Positions 51,290-61,153 of a stretch of DNA of 64,000 bases are shown here, piece by piece. Source of the DNA: a virus. The notes below the pieces were generated by a model. That model saw nothing but the letters and a program-made list of their open reading frames with translations, was not told the DNA's origin and searched no databases. The stretch is taken from the IMG/VR virus record IMGVR_UViG_3300035698_012088, positions 64,001 to 128,000 of that record. The stretch is one strand, 5' to 3'. Positions within the stretch are counted from its first letter, which is position 1, and each line of letters begins with the position of its first letter. Both the position numbers and the translations under genes were made by a program.

Positions 51290-52534
51290 GTGGAAAGTAA
51301 ATTGTCCCCAATTGATAAGATTATGAGGGCTAAGATTAAGCTTCAAGATGAGAAGCCGTTCTTCAGCTTTCTGATTATGCATCTCAATATTAAGAGAGAT
51401 GATGTGAAGGTACCCACAATGGGAGTGGATGCCAGAGGAAACCTATTTTATAATGAGTCTTTTATCGAGACCCTCTCAGAATCCCAACTCAAAGCAGTCT
51501 TGTGTCACGAAGTAGGTCACATTGTCTTTGAGCACTTAATGAGATATCAGGGCTTTGATCCTAAGGTTAAGAACATAGCAGATGACATAAAAGTTAATGA
51601 TGTACTGGTAGATGATGGAATCACTGATCTCCCCCAAGGAGGTCTGATCCCCAATAGACACCAGATCAATATTGGCGGGGTTAGTGTGGACAATATCCAT
51701 GAAAAGACCTCAGAAGAGATCTATACAGAAATCTTTAAGATCAATAAGTCAAAGCTTCCAAAGGGCTTTGATATCCATTTTCCAGGCACTGGGGATGAAG
51801 ACGGAGAAGGAGATGGAGAAGGAGAGGGTGATGGAGAAGGCAATGACGGCCATACCCCAGGCATGAAGGGTCTCTCTGAACAAGAGGTCAAGAATAAATG
51901 GAAAGAAGTTATCACCCAAGCCGCGACAATTGCTAGACAGAGAGGTACTCTCCCTGCTGGTATTGCCATTGCTATGGATGACTTACTTGAACCTAAGATG
52001 GACTGGAAGTCGATGTTGTACAATTTCATCACCCAGGATATCATCTATGACTTCAATTATATGAGACCACATAAGAAATCTCACTCCACGGGTTTCTACT
52101 TCCCTCAAATTTACAAAGAGAATATTGATCTAGTAGTACACTGGGATACTTCAGGCTCCATGCAGGGAGATACTCAGGAATGCCTAGATCAAATGTATGG
52201 GCTACTTAATGCCTTTAACAATATCAGAATTGACTGGGTCATCTGCGATGCAGCTATCCAGGGACATTTTGAACTGAATAGAGAAGATAGACTTGATCTC
52301 ACAAGCTTTGATATCAGAGGTTGGGGTGGAACATCCCATATCCCTGTGGTGGACTGGATCAATGAAAATAGACCAAGCTGTAGACTTTTCATCTCCATGA
52401 CAGATGGGTATTCCGATATCCAAAATTGTTATGATGAGCTACCTCCTTGTCACAAGATTATCTTGCTGCCTAAGGACTATGCTGGGATGAGAGAGCAACT
52501 AGAGGACTATGGTACCTGCATAGTTATGGAATAA
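51290..52534 (+). CDS. DUF2201-type metallopeptidase-like plus VWA domain protein (MoxR partner)
   Basis: HEVGH zinc motif, G/E/D linker, MIDAS DTSGS, GGT and TDG. Confidence 0.88.
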   Translation: MESKLSPIDKIMRAKIKLQDEKPFFSFLIMHLNIKRDDVKVPTMGVDARGNLFYNESFIETLSESQLKAVLCHEVGHIVFEHLMRYQGFDPKVKNIADDIKVNDVLVDDGITDLPQGGLIPNRHQINIGGVSVDNIHEKTSEEIYTEIFKINKSKLPKGFDIHFPGTGDEDGEGDGEGEGDGEGNDGHTPGMKGLSEQEVKNKWKEVITQAATIARQRGTLPAGIAIAMDDLLEPKMDWKSMLYNFITQDIIYDFNYMRPHKKSHSTGFYFPQIYKENIDLVVHWDTSGSMQGDTQECLDQMYGLLNAFNNIRIDWVICDAAIQGHFELNREDRLDLTSFDIRGWGGTSHIPVVDWINENRPSCRLFISMTDGYSDIQNCYDELPPCHKIILLPKDYAGMREQLEDYGTCIVME

Positions 52535-52561
52535 TGAAAAAGATATTAGAGATACATACAA

Positions 52562-52605
52562 GGGCTCCTCCTTCCTACCATTATGGAGGGAGGAGTTCCT
52601 TTTCT
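52562..52605 (+). terminator. intrinsic terminator after the VWA gene
   Basis: GGGCTCCTCCTTCC...GGAGGGAGGAGTTCC followed by TTTT. Confidence 0.65.
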
Positions 52606-53089
52606 GATAGTTCAACCTCCACTACCCCAGTATTCAATTCACTAAGGAATAGAAAGCCAGGACTATGCGTGAAATCTGCACAGAATGCGGTGAAATTAAA
52701 GAAGTTGAGGAAGTACTCTTCCAAAGCTACTTTGCTCCCCCAGAACACCCAAAAGGCACAAAAATGTCAGACATCACTGACCAAGAAGCCTTTGAATTAG
52801 TAAGAGGAGAGGGAGCAGTATCTAGACTTTTATGCGAAGCATGTAAAACCTTACTCATAGATGTTTTTGAATTCCCTCTATATGAAGAGGTGCTAATGGA
52901 AGAAGTCACAGAGGAACATACCCCAACACCATTTACTGGAGAGCAGATGGAAGAAGCTAAGGCACAGCTGAAAACTATCTTCGGAGAAGGTGATGAATTA
53001 GACAAAGCTATGGAAGCATTAGAGAAACAACAGAAGGACCTCTTAGAGGCTAATGAAAAAGCTGAAGAAACAACAGTGGAGGAAGACAC

Positions 53090-53413
53090 ATGACAGATAT
53101 CGTAGCCCAATATTCCATTACAGATACAACTAGGAACCAAAAGGTTGTCTTCACATTAAAAGATGTGACAGAAGACACAACCCTAACAATGCATATAGAT
53201 ATCACCAAAGCGTCAACCGGTGTCTCTATAATGGATAGAACGTGTAAGAACTGGCCGCTCAAGAAAGCGCTTAAAACAATAGATACCTTAAGGGGCGTAA
53301 ATAAAAAGATGTACTCCCCTCAGCTAAATATGAGAGGCCAGGTAGAAGTTCTTAAGGATATATCTGAAGAAGATAGAGTAGAGATGGTAGCAATGATAGC
53401 GAGCAAGGAGTAA
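53090..53413 (+). CDS. paralog family B member 1 (tag lacks terminal Leu)
   Basis: A.YSI.D...K.VFT..YSPQL..RG..E..KD.S shared with the next gene. Confidence 0.75.
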   Translation: MTDIVAQYSITDTTRNQKVVFTLKDVTEDTTLTMHIDITKASTGVSIMDRTCKNWPLKKALKTIDTLRGVNKKMYSPQLNMRGQVEVLKDISEEDRVEMVAMIASKE

Positions 53414-53415
53414 CA

Positions 53416-53745
53416 ATGGGCAAAAAGAACGTGACAGCAAAGTATTCTATATCAGATAAGAATAAGAATAAGAAAGCGGTATTTACTTTCTCATATGTTC
53501 CCGGGGAAACTAAGGTTTCTGTAGGGATTGAGATCTCCAGCCTGGACGATGATAAGACCCTGCTGGACAGAGAAGTATCTGGATATCCTATCTCCAGAGT
53601 ACTTAAACTGGTAGATAAGTTCAATAATTCAGAAGTAGTGTATTCTCCTCAGCTCCACCTTAGAGGCGAATCAGAAATTATTAAAGACCTTAGTCAAGCA
53701 GACAAAGACCTAATGGCAGCCAGTGTGGTATGTGAGGAGCTATAA
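53416..53745 (+). CDS. paralog family B member 2 (VVCEEL)
   Basis: paralog of 53090..53413. Confidence 0.75.
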   Translation: MGKKNVTAKYSISDKNKNKKAVFTFSYVPGETKVSVGIEISSLDDDKTLLDREVSGYPISRVLKLVDKFNNSEVVYSPQLHLRGESEIIKDLSQADKDLMAASVVCEEL

Positions 53746-54518
53746 TGTGTTTTGGACGAGGCATCTTGGGAACAGTGTTCTCTAAGTTTGGAACAGGTAC
53801 AGGTGATGTAAAAGCCACCTTGCCTGACCCTGAGTTCTTTTCCCATTCTGAGTACTATATGGATAACCTAGAAGCCGTAGAGAGCACTAAAAATACTATA
53901 AAGAATACACAGAGATATACAGGAATATTCAATGATATGGTCCTGGGCATGGGCATATTCACAACAAAGAAGACTGTGGATAGTGTAGGTGTAACATCTG
54001 CTAAGTATATGCATCACCAGCGCACATTTGACACCGGCTTCAACCAAGGTACCTTCTCAAGTGCCCCAGACCATGAGAAGTTAGTTAGAGCAATGGCCCA
54101 TAAGCCTGACTCTAAAGGCGCCCAGATGGAGTACTATAAGGTTAAGAAGAAATCTAAACCTTTAGGACATGTGCATTTAGAATGTAAGACATGGGTCTAC
54201 CAGGATAGTGACTTTAAGGAACACACCCTTAAGCTTAACCTGGTGAAGTCCAAGAATAGCCCTGATCTTGAAGAGGGTACACGAGATGCATTACTCATGC
54301 TTCTACAGTACTCTTCTGAAGACACAAAACATTATGGGATATTTAGAGACCCTTTGGGCTATTACTTTAGAGGCCTCTATTACTTACTTTACTCCCAGGC
54401 AATGCACTCTATGGCGTATATGAATAGCCTAAGAGTGTTCCCTACTAAGCTAGACTTGAGCTTACCTAATAAGTCTAATGACTACCTAACAGTATTACAA
54501 AGCGTAGAACAGCTATAG
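53745..54518 (+). CDS. hypothetical protein with C-terminal tag (SVEQL)
   Basis: 257-aa coupled ORF. Confidence 0.7.
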   Translation: MCFGRGILGTVFSKFGTGTGDVKATLPDPEFFSHSEYYMDNLEAVESTKNTIKNTQRYTGIFNDMVLGMGIFTTKKTVDSVGVTSAKYMHHQRTFDTGFNQGTFSSAPDHEKLVRAMAHKPDSKGAQMEYYKVKKKSKPLGHVHLECKTWVYQDSDFKEHTLKLNLVKSKNSPDLEEGTRDALLMLLQYSSEDTKHYGIFRDPLGYYFRGLYYLLYSQAMHSMAYMNSLRVFPTKLDLSLPNKSNDYLTVLQSVEQL

Positions 54519-54530
54519 AAAGAGAGGATT

Positions 54531-55571
54531 ATGTATTTTTCTGAACGCGGCCTAGAAGCCGTAGCATGTGATGATAACAGTTTCTTATATCTTGTAAAAG
54601 ATTTATTCTTGGATGAGGAGGACGCTATAGAAGAAAGACACTCTGTATCTGGCTCCGGTGAGACCAAGGGTACAAACTATACAGGATATATATCTAACAT
54701 ATATAAAAGGGATATGGAGACTGTATGTAATAGTAAACTGATAGCCTATGCAGTATTCTTCAATAAAACCTTAACTGGAATGAAGTTTGGATTATCTGAA
54801 GAGAAGTGTCTTTTCTTAACTACTGAGGGAGAGGGTGGAAAAGAGGAGACCCTAGGCATCTCCTCCGTAGTTTGTGAGCATAAGGAAACATATGAATCTC
54901 CCTCAATATATGCAGTAGTCCAAACACCTAAAGGTAAATATAAGGGGATCATGGTACATAAATCCCAGACCCCTAAAGATAAAACATCTGCGCAGTTGTA
55001 TGCGGTTTTGAAGGGAGATTATGGTATAACTAGTAATCAGGGCTTCAATATCTCAGATAATACCAAATCCAATAAGGTAATTATGTTTAGAGAGACAAAG
55101 GATATCTGGACAGCAGTATATCAGATAAAAAGAGCATATGAAACCTCTCCTAAAAATCTCTTAAGTGTAAAATGTAGTAAAGGTCTAGTACCTAGAATAA
55201 GGAGAGCTATGGAAAAGGAAACTCCAGTCAACGGAGATGTCATTTGGACAGGAGTATTTGATATTCCTGAGAAGAAAGATGCACTAACAAGTCACCGATT
55301 TATATTTAGCATTGCAGAAAAAGATAATAACTTTAGCTATTATGAAGTATCCCATAGAACTAAAGGTAAACATAAGAAAATACAGACTAATACCTTTATG
55401 AAGGTATATAAGGGGATGAGAGTTATGGATAAACAAACTGAGAATTTAACAGACTCACCGGAGAACAAAGTACTCCTGGCCTTAGGGGTAAGACTTGTAG
55501 CAGAGTCTAATGACATGCCTGAAAACCTTAAGGATATTCTAAAGACAAAGCTGGTAGTAGAGGAGCTGTAA
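54531..55571 (+). CDS. hypothetical protein with C-terminal tag (LVVEEL)
   Basis: 346-aa ORF with GAGG RBS. Confidence 0.7.
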   Translation: MYFSERGLEAVACDDNSFLYLVKDLFLDEEDAIEERHSVSGSGETKGTNYTGYISNIYKRDMETVCNSKLIAYAVFFNKTLTGMKFGLSEEKCLFLTTEGEGGKEETLGISSVVCEHKETYESPSIYAVVQTPKGKYKGIMVHKSQTPKDKTSAQLYAVLKGDYGITSNQGFNISDNTKSNKVIMFRETKDIWTAVYQIKRAYETSPKNLLSVKCSKGLVPRIRRAMEKETPVNGDVIWTGVFDIPEKKDALTSHRFIFSIAEKDNNFSYYEVSHRTKGKHKKIQTNTFMKVYKGMRVMDKQTENLTDSPENKVLLALGVRLVAESNDMPENLKDILKTKLVVEEL

Positions 55572-56437
55572 TGAAAAAAGGTATAGGTGTAGGCGTAATA
55601 ACTTGTGAAAGCCCTAAATTCTTATCTGGATGTATGTTTACTCTTCCCGATTCAGAGTATTTAACTTTAGTGAATGACGGAACAGAAGAGAGCCTAGCCC
55701 CTGCCTTAATAGATATCCCCTCTGCAGCCCATATAATGACTACACCTAAACCTAGAAGTGGGGTAGCCATAGCAAAGAACATGGCTATAAAAGATCTTCT
55801 TGATAAAGGATGTGATCATATCTTTATAGTAGAAGATGACATGGTATTCCTAAGACACTATACTTGGGAAAAATATATAGAACTATCTAAGATAACAGGT
55901 ATACAGCATTTCAACTTTGGGTTCCACGGTAAAGGGAACATGGATATGGAGTATAAACCTGCTCCTAAGTATGTACTAGAGTACCCCGGAGCAACTCTGT
56001 GTATAAATAGTGTTGTAACAGGTGCGTGTTCATACTATAGTAGAGTTTCTTTAGAAGAGATTGGATATATGGATACTAAGTTCTATAATGCTTGGGAACA
56101 CATAGAACATACTTACAGAATGTCTCTGGCAGGGTTCACTACACCCTTTTGGAACTTCGCAGACTTAGGAAGGAGTTATCAGTATATAGAGGAGCAGGAG
56201 ACATCTGGGTTTGTAGTAAAGAATGAAGAACATGTTATGTCAGGTTTACATTGGTTTAAATATAAGCACAACTTAGCACATGGCCCCAATAAGAATTCAG
56301 GACTTCCTATAGAATACGCGTCAACAGATGAGGTATATAAGTCTTTAAGAGCTATACATAGTAAGTACAGTGAAGTCGAGATGCAGGAGGACCAATGGTT
56401 GACTATAAAACACACCTTAGATGAAAAAGATGGATAA
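55571..56437 (+). CDS. GT2-family glycosyltransferase
   Basis: GVGVIT, LVNDG, SGVAIAKN, IVEDD, IGYMD..F..AWEH. Confidence 0.8.
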   Translation: MKKGIGVGVITCESPKFLSGCMFTLPDSEYLTLVNDGTEESLAPALIDIPSAAHIMTTPKPRSGVAIAKNMAIKDLLDKGCDHIFIVEDDMVFLRHYTWEKYIELSKITGIQHFNFGFHGKGNMDMEYKPAPKYVLEYPGATLCINSVVTGACSYYSRVSLEEIGYMDTKFYNAWEHIEHTYRMSLAGFTTPFWNFADLGRSYQYIEEQETSGFVVKNEEHVMSGLHWFKYKHNLAHGPNKNSGLPIEYASTDEVYKSLRAIHSKYSEVEMQEDQWLTIKHTLDEKDG

Positions 56438-56601
56438 AGAGGATAAAGAAAACCTAATATCTATATTAGAGTTCTGTACAGAAACTGTAGAAGCCTTAAA
56501 AAGAATGGACGCAGAAACAAAAAGGTTACAAACAGAAGTAGCCAAGTGCAGAAGAGAACTACATGACATTAAAACCAAAAATCCATACTTAGAACTATAG
56601 A

Positions 56602-56678
56602 TTCCCTGTAGTGTAATGGTTTTAGCACAGAATCCTTTGGAGATTTTAGTCTTGGTTCGAGTCCAGGCAGGGAAGCCA
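56602..56678 (+). tRNA. tRNA-Gln(TTG)
   Basis: TTCCCTG/CAGGGAA acceptor (U1-A72), anticodon loop CTTTGGA, GGTTCGAGTCC, CCA. Confidence 0.92.
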
Positions 56679-56740
56679 GCTTTTCATAACACTTGTATTG
56701 TGAAAACCCTTCATGTATAGTATATGTGAAGGAGACACCA

Positions 56741-57142
56741 ATGCAGAAAATATGTTGTACATGTGAGGAGAGCTTGCCTCTTGAAGCATTTAGTGTGAAT
56801 AAGTCAAAGAAAGACGGCTTAAACCTGAAGTGCAAAGAGTGTAATAAAGCTTACCAAAAAGAACACTATAAGAAGAACCCTAAATACTATAAAGAGAAGA
56901 ACACGATTAGGCGTATAGCGACACAGAAGTGGTGGCAGAAACATAAGTCATCCTTAGAATGTGAGATTTGTGGAGAAAAGTATTCTTACTGTCTCCAGTT
57001 CCACCACAAAGACCCCTCTAAGAAAGAGGGAACCATATCTAATATGATAAGGCACTGTTCTAAACAGAAGTTACTTGATGAGATAGATAAGTGTATCGTA
57101 CTTTGTGCAAACTGTCACATAAAAACCCATCACCCAGAATGA
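56741..57142 (+). CDS. free-standing HNH endonuclease between two tRNAs
   Basis: CEICGE...LQFHHKDP.KK...CIVLCANCH; AAGGAG RBS; promoter TTGTAT-17-TATAGT at 56693-56721. Confidence 0.85.
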   Translation: MQKICCTCEESLPLEAFSVNKSKKDGLNLKCKECNKAYQKEHYKKNPKYYKEKNTIRRIATQKWWQKHKSSLECEICGEKYSYCLQFHHKDPSKKEGTISNMIRHCSKQKLLDEIDKCIVLCANCHIKTHHPE

Positions 57143-57148
57143 ACTAAT

Positions 57149-57221
57149 GGCTCCATCATCTAGAGGCCTAGGATGCGAGATTTTCAGTCTCGTCACGCCG
57201 ATTCGAATTCGGCTGGAGCTA
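57149..57221 (+). tRNA. tRNA-Glu(TTC), CCA not encoded
   Basis: GGCTCCA/TGGAGCT acceptor, CGAGA-TTTTCAG-TCTCG anticodon arm, GCCGA-TTCGAAT-TCGGC T arm. Confidence 0.85.
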
Positions 57222-57254
57222 AAGACCAACCTGTAAGAAAGAAAAGAAAAGAAA

Positions 57255-57809
57255 ATGCAAACAGTAAAAGACGTAGCAGAAACATTTAAGTTCAACACCA
57301 TTGATGTTGACTTTAAAGCAGCTCCCTGCATAGTTGAGTATGTGAAGGAAAGGACCTATAAAAGGGTCTTCTGCCAGGCATGTTCCACAGCACGACCAGT
57401 AGAGGCCACTTGCCCAGATTGTGGTGCCAAGCTCCTTGATCCCGAATCTGATGCCCTCCCTCTCCCAGTCTTCCTTCAGAAGGCCGGCAACAAGAGGGGG
57501 GCCATGGCAGCAGTCTATGACGAGCAAGCTGGCAAGGTATTTGTAGGGTGGAGCCTGTACAACGATAAGATGGAGGAATTCTCCTTCCAGAACTCCGAGG
57601 CTATGAAGATTGCTCTCCAGAGGGCTTGTTCTGCAGCCAAGGGAAAGACTTTTAAGACTCTCCCCCAAACAGTTCATACCCAGATGGAATTCTTTAAACA
57701 TAAGGTTGCCAGGCAGTTCGAAGTGGATGATGACAAAGTAGTGAGTATTTCAGAATATGAACCCAACCAAAAAGTCGAGAAAATCGAAAACGACGATCCC
57801 GTTGAATGA
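57255..57809 (+). CDS. hypothetical protein with zinc ribbon
   Basis: CQAC...CPDCG. Confidence 0.65.
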   Translation: MQTVKDVAETFKFNTIDVDFKAAPCIVEYVKERTYKRVFCQACSTARPVEATCPDCGAKLLDPESDALPLPVFLQKAGNKRGAMAAVYDEQAGKVFVGWSLYNDKMEEFSFQNSEAMKIALQRACSAAKGKTFKTLPQTVHTQMEFFKHKVARQFEVDDDKVVSISEYEPNQKVEKIENDDPVE

Positions 57810-58064
57810 AATAGATATAAATAAGCCGGGGATCTGGATAGTTCAACACACTAAGCATTCAAAGGAAAGTAACTATGTGTGCAGAATTGGAGAGCTTCCA
57901 GATCCCCTTAGCCGATTAAAGATAGAGATGCATAAGAAAGACTTCTTAGAGGCTATGACAGAGATACATGAGGAATGGGAGGGCAAACCTATGTCTATAA
58001 ATGAATATGCAAACAGTGTATTCAACCTGTTCCTAGAGAAATTGAATGAAAAGGAGATAGATTT

Positions 58065-59156
58065 GTGAGTCAAATGAGAAAGGTACTCTCCTATGGGGAT
58101 GTACTTTTAGCCCCCAGATACTCTAAATGTAAGCACAAATCAGATGCAAATCTGGGATATCAGTATGATGCAAATATTGAATTCTGTGCAGTACCTTTGA
58201 TAAATGCCCCTATGGATACAGCAGGACATAGTGGATTAGTAGATTACTTATATCATAAATGTGATATGCCTGCAACAGTACATAGATTCTTTCCCAATGT
58301 CTCAGAGCAGATACACTTCTTAGAGGAGACCTTTGATCCAGTAGAACTAGTACATGGTTCTAAGATCTTTGTTGCTGTAGGGTCTGTATACAAATGGAAA
58401 GACTGGATTGATTCCTTATTGGAATATAGAGAAAGCAAAGACCTTAATTTTGGTATCTTAGTAGACATGGCCAATGGAGATACAGCAGCTTGTGTAGATA
58501 CAGTAAAATACCTGACAGATGTTAAGTGTTTTACAGGCAACTTAATGGCAGGTAATGTAGCCACCAAGTCTGGACTAGAGAGACTCTGGGAAGCCGGAGC
58601 TAACTTTATAAGAGTTGGAATAGGTAGTGGAAGTATCTGCAGCACAAGGATTAACACAGGGTTTGGAATTCCTGTATTTTCTTCTTTGCTAGACTGTGCT
58701 TCTATTAAACCAGATGCCTGTTACATAGTTGCTTGTGGAGGATGTGAAGAACCCGGAGATATTCTAAAAGCTATAGCTGCAGGAGCAGATATGGTTATGT
58801 GTGGTAAACTTTTTGCAGCTACAAGTTTAGCTGGAGGAGCTACCTATACTAAAGATTTAAAGGAAACATTAAAAGAAGATGAGAAATACTACAAAGCTTA
58901 TCATGGAATGGCCTCAGCAAAGGCCCAGGAGTTAATAGGAAGTGAAGAACATAAAGCAAGTATTGAAGGAGTCTCAGGTCTTATCAGATATTCTGGAAGA
59001 ACTGAAGATGTGGTACAAGGGATATTGCAAAATCTTAGATCAGCGATGACCTACTATGCCGGAGTCACCAATTGGAATGAGTTTCAAAGGAAAACCAAAT
59101 TCCTTGAGATCACCCCAGCTGGAAGAAAAGAGTCAGAAACAAGGGTGTTTGATTAA
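58065..59156 (+). CDS. IMPDH/GMP reductase family enzyme (no CBS domain; GMPR-like flap)
   Basis: DVLLAP, NAPMDT, VDMANG, AGNVAT, catalytic GIGSGSICSTR, YHGMAS and EGVSG. Confidence 0.88.
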   Translation: MSQMRKVLSYGDVLLAPRYSKCKHKSDANLGYQYDANIEFCAVPLINAPMDTAGHSGLVDYLYHKCDMPATVHRFFPNVSEQIHFLEETFDPVELVHGSKIFVAVGSVYKWKDWIDSLLEYRESKDLNFGILVDMANGDTAACVDTVKYLTDVKCFTGNLMAGNVATKSGLERLWEAGANFIRVGIGSGSICSTRINTGFGIPVFSSLLDCASIKPDACYIVACGGCEEPGDILKAIAAGADMVMCGKLFAATSLAGGATYTKDLKETLKEDEKYYKAYHGMASAKAQELIGSEEHKASIEGVSGLIRYSGRTEDVVQGILQNLRSAMTYYAGVTNWNEFQRKTKFLEITPAGRKESETRVFD

Positions 59157-60106
59157 TGAAAGAACAGTTCAGGATTGTAAGTGACAGACATATCTTAACC
59201 TATGTGATATTCTTGGGAAGCATAACAGGTGTAGCGACCTATTGTGGTTTAGGTACATTCACAAGTTTCATAGAATACATGGTATATACCATTATCATAG
59301 CTGCATGTATTTGGCACCATGGGCATGACTGTACTGATCTAGCCCTTGCAGCTAAGAAATGTAAAGGTCCACAAGATGTCCAACCATTTCTGGAAGCTGC
59401 TGTTAAGTTCTCTGGAGTACTAGATAATAACACAGGTATTGTAATAAAGAATGTTGAGGTGAAAGACCCTAAGATCGAGGAGGATTCCCCAGATGAAGGT
59501 CTTTGAAGCTACGGTATCTGTAGAATATACTTTACACATAATGGCTGAGAACGAGGCCGAGGTAGAAGAAATATCTTCTGGTATAGACCCAGGTGATTGT
59601 GGTGACGTTGAGAACAGTGTGTGGTGCAGGGAGATACTAAATCCAGAAGGTTGGGAACATAACTATCCAGACAATGGCAACGGGAAACTTACTATAGCAG
59701 ATATTATTCTTAGTCAACAAGAAGATGAAGAAGCAACTTTAGAAGAAATAGAGAAGAAGAAGTTTGATGTAGAACACCAGATGAAGTTCCCTTTTTGGGA
59801 AAACATGGGAGATGAAGATGAAAATAGTAGAGATGCCAGTATTTGAAGATCCTGAAGAAGTACCTGATGAACCAGTGGCCCCAGCTCTTATGTCCTCTTT
59901 GAGTAACTGTCCAGCCTGTGGTGTAAGAATAGCTCTCTGTGGATGGAAACAACATACCATTAAGGCTAAGTGGGATTCTGTCACCAGTTCAGATGGAAAC
60001 ATAAGAATCTCTGGGTTTGACATTACCTGTGATAATTGTGAGTTTACTTGGCATGAGCCACTGCCTAAATTCATAAATATCCCTGAACTCTTAGAGGCAG
60101 CAGAAA

Positions 60107-60547
60107 ATGAAACTAAACAGGATAAGTAAGACAGGTTTTACAGATCATTTACATGTGTCTGGCCTAAAGAAGTCTCTCCTAGGAGAGACTTCTGAAGGTC
60201 AGTACTATATAGCCCTATGTATAAGAGAGATGAGAAAGACAATGTCATGGAGCAGTAAGCTAAGGAGAGAGAGCTTATACTTTGACGGCTATTGTCTAAT
60301 GATAAAGAAGGAATCCCACCGGATCTTTTGCTGTAGTATAGATGTAGAAGCAGACATACTTGCAGGGCCTCCTAATGAGATGGATTTACTTTGTACTTCA
60401 GTGCAGGGCCATGACAGAGAAGGACAAGTAGGAGATATAGAGAATATAGGAGAAGTCCTTGATAAATATGGGATCCCCGAAATGGGAGTATATTCAGATA
60501 TAGACAGAGAAGAATTCGCATTAGATCTTATTTTGTACAACCTATAG
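60107..60547 (+). CDS. hypothetical protein with tag-like C-terminus (LILYNL)
   Basis: 146-aa ORF. Confidence 0.6.
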   Translation: MKLNRISKTGFTDHLHVSGLKKSLLGETSEGQYYIALCIREMRKTMSWSSKLRRESLYFDGYCLMIKKESHRIFCCSIDVEADILAGPPNEMDLLCTSVQGHDREGQVGDIENIGEVLDKYGIPEMGVYSDIDREEFALDLILYNL

Positions 60548-60595
60548 GATCTAGCAACACTTATTCGTAAAAGGAGATAAAAATGGAAATGAATT

Positions 60596-61153
60596 ATGGT
60601 ATGGTTAGAGGATTGGATAAAGAAAGAAGTGACCCCTAAAATAAGAGAGCAAGCTAGAAAACTATCTCTTATTAGAAATGGCCCTAAGGATGGGGCTACG
60701 CAGCAATCAGGAAGAAACCACTGGCAAGGAGGCCTAGGGGAATATGAGGTTGCGGACTGGTGGGATGATCCTAATGTGAAGGTAGATGAGGACAGTTATG
60801 GCAAAGAAGGCGATGAAGGTTTTGATTTTGATATCCCAGGGGTTGGTACAGTAGATGTAAAAACTCCAGAGTATCACAAGGGAGATCCTCTCCTAAAGGT
60901 GTCCCCTGAGAAGATAGAGGAGGGTAAAGCAGATTACTATCTCCTTGCCACAGTGGACTTACAAAACTATACCTTAGAAACCGTCCCCAAGGTTGCCCTT
61001 ATAGGCATTGCCAGTAGAGAAGATATTCTGGAGAACACAAAGCCTAAAATGATAGGTGGAGTTTTAAGCCATGTTACTTCAATACATGACCCCTGGCTCA
61101 AACCCCTTAAGGAATTTAAAGCAAATGTACAAAATTATGGAAAAGAAAAATGA
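60596..61153 (+). CDS. putative PD-(D/E)XK nuclease
   Basis: G.LGE helix, DEGFDF...TVDVKT. Confidence 0.55.
   Translation: MVWLEDWIKKEVTPKIREQARKLSLIRNGPKDGATQQSGRNHWQGGLGEYEVADWWDDPNVKVDEDSYGKEGDEGFDFDIPGVGTVDVKTPEYHKGDPLLKVSPEKIEEGKADYYLLATVDLQNYTLETVPKVALIGIASREDILENTKPKMIGGVLSHVTSIHDPWLKPLKEFKANVQNYGKEK

Noticed and set aside
51790-51850. GEGDGEGEG-coding purine repeat
   Set aside because: Ordinary low-complexity linker of DUF2201/VWA proteins
52534-52800. 88-aa ORF after the VWA gene
   Set aside because: Runs through a terminator hairpin and overlaps ORF 52665..53093; probably spurious
53735-53748. E-E-L-stop ending as merely a by-product of an overlapping GAGGAG RBS
   Set aside because: Explains some cases only; at least five tagged genes have a separate downstream RBS, and the upstream hydrophobic/Cys pattern is unrelated to the RBS. 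Kept as a partial confounder
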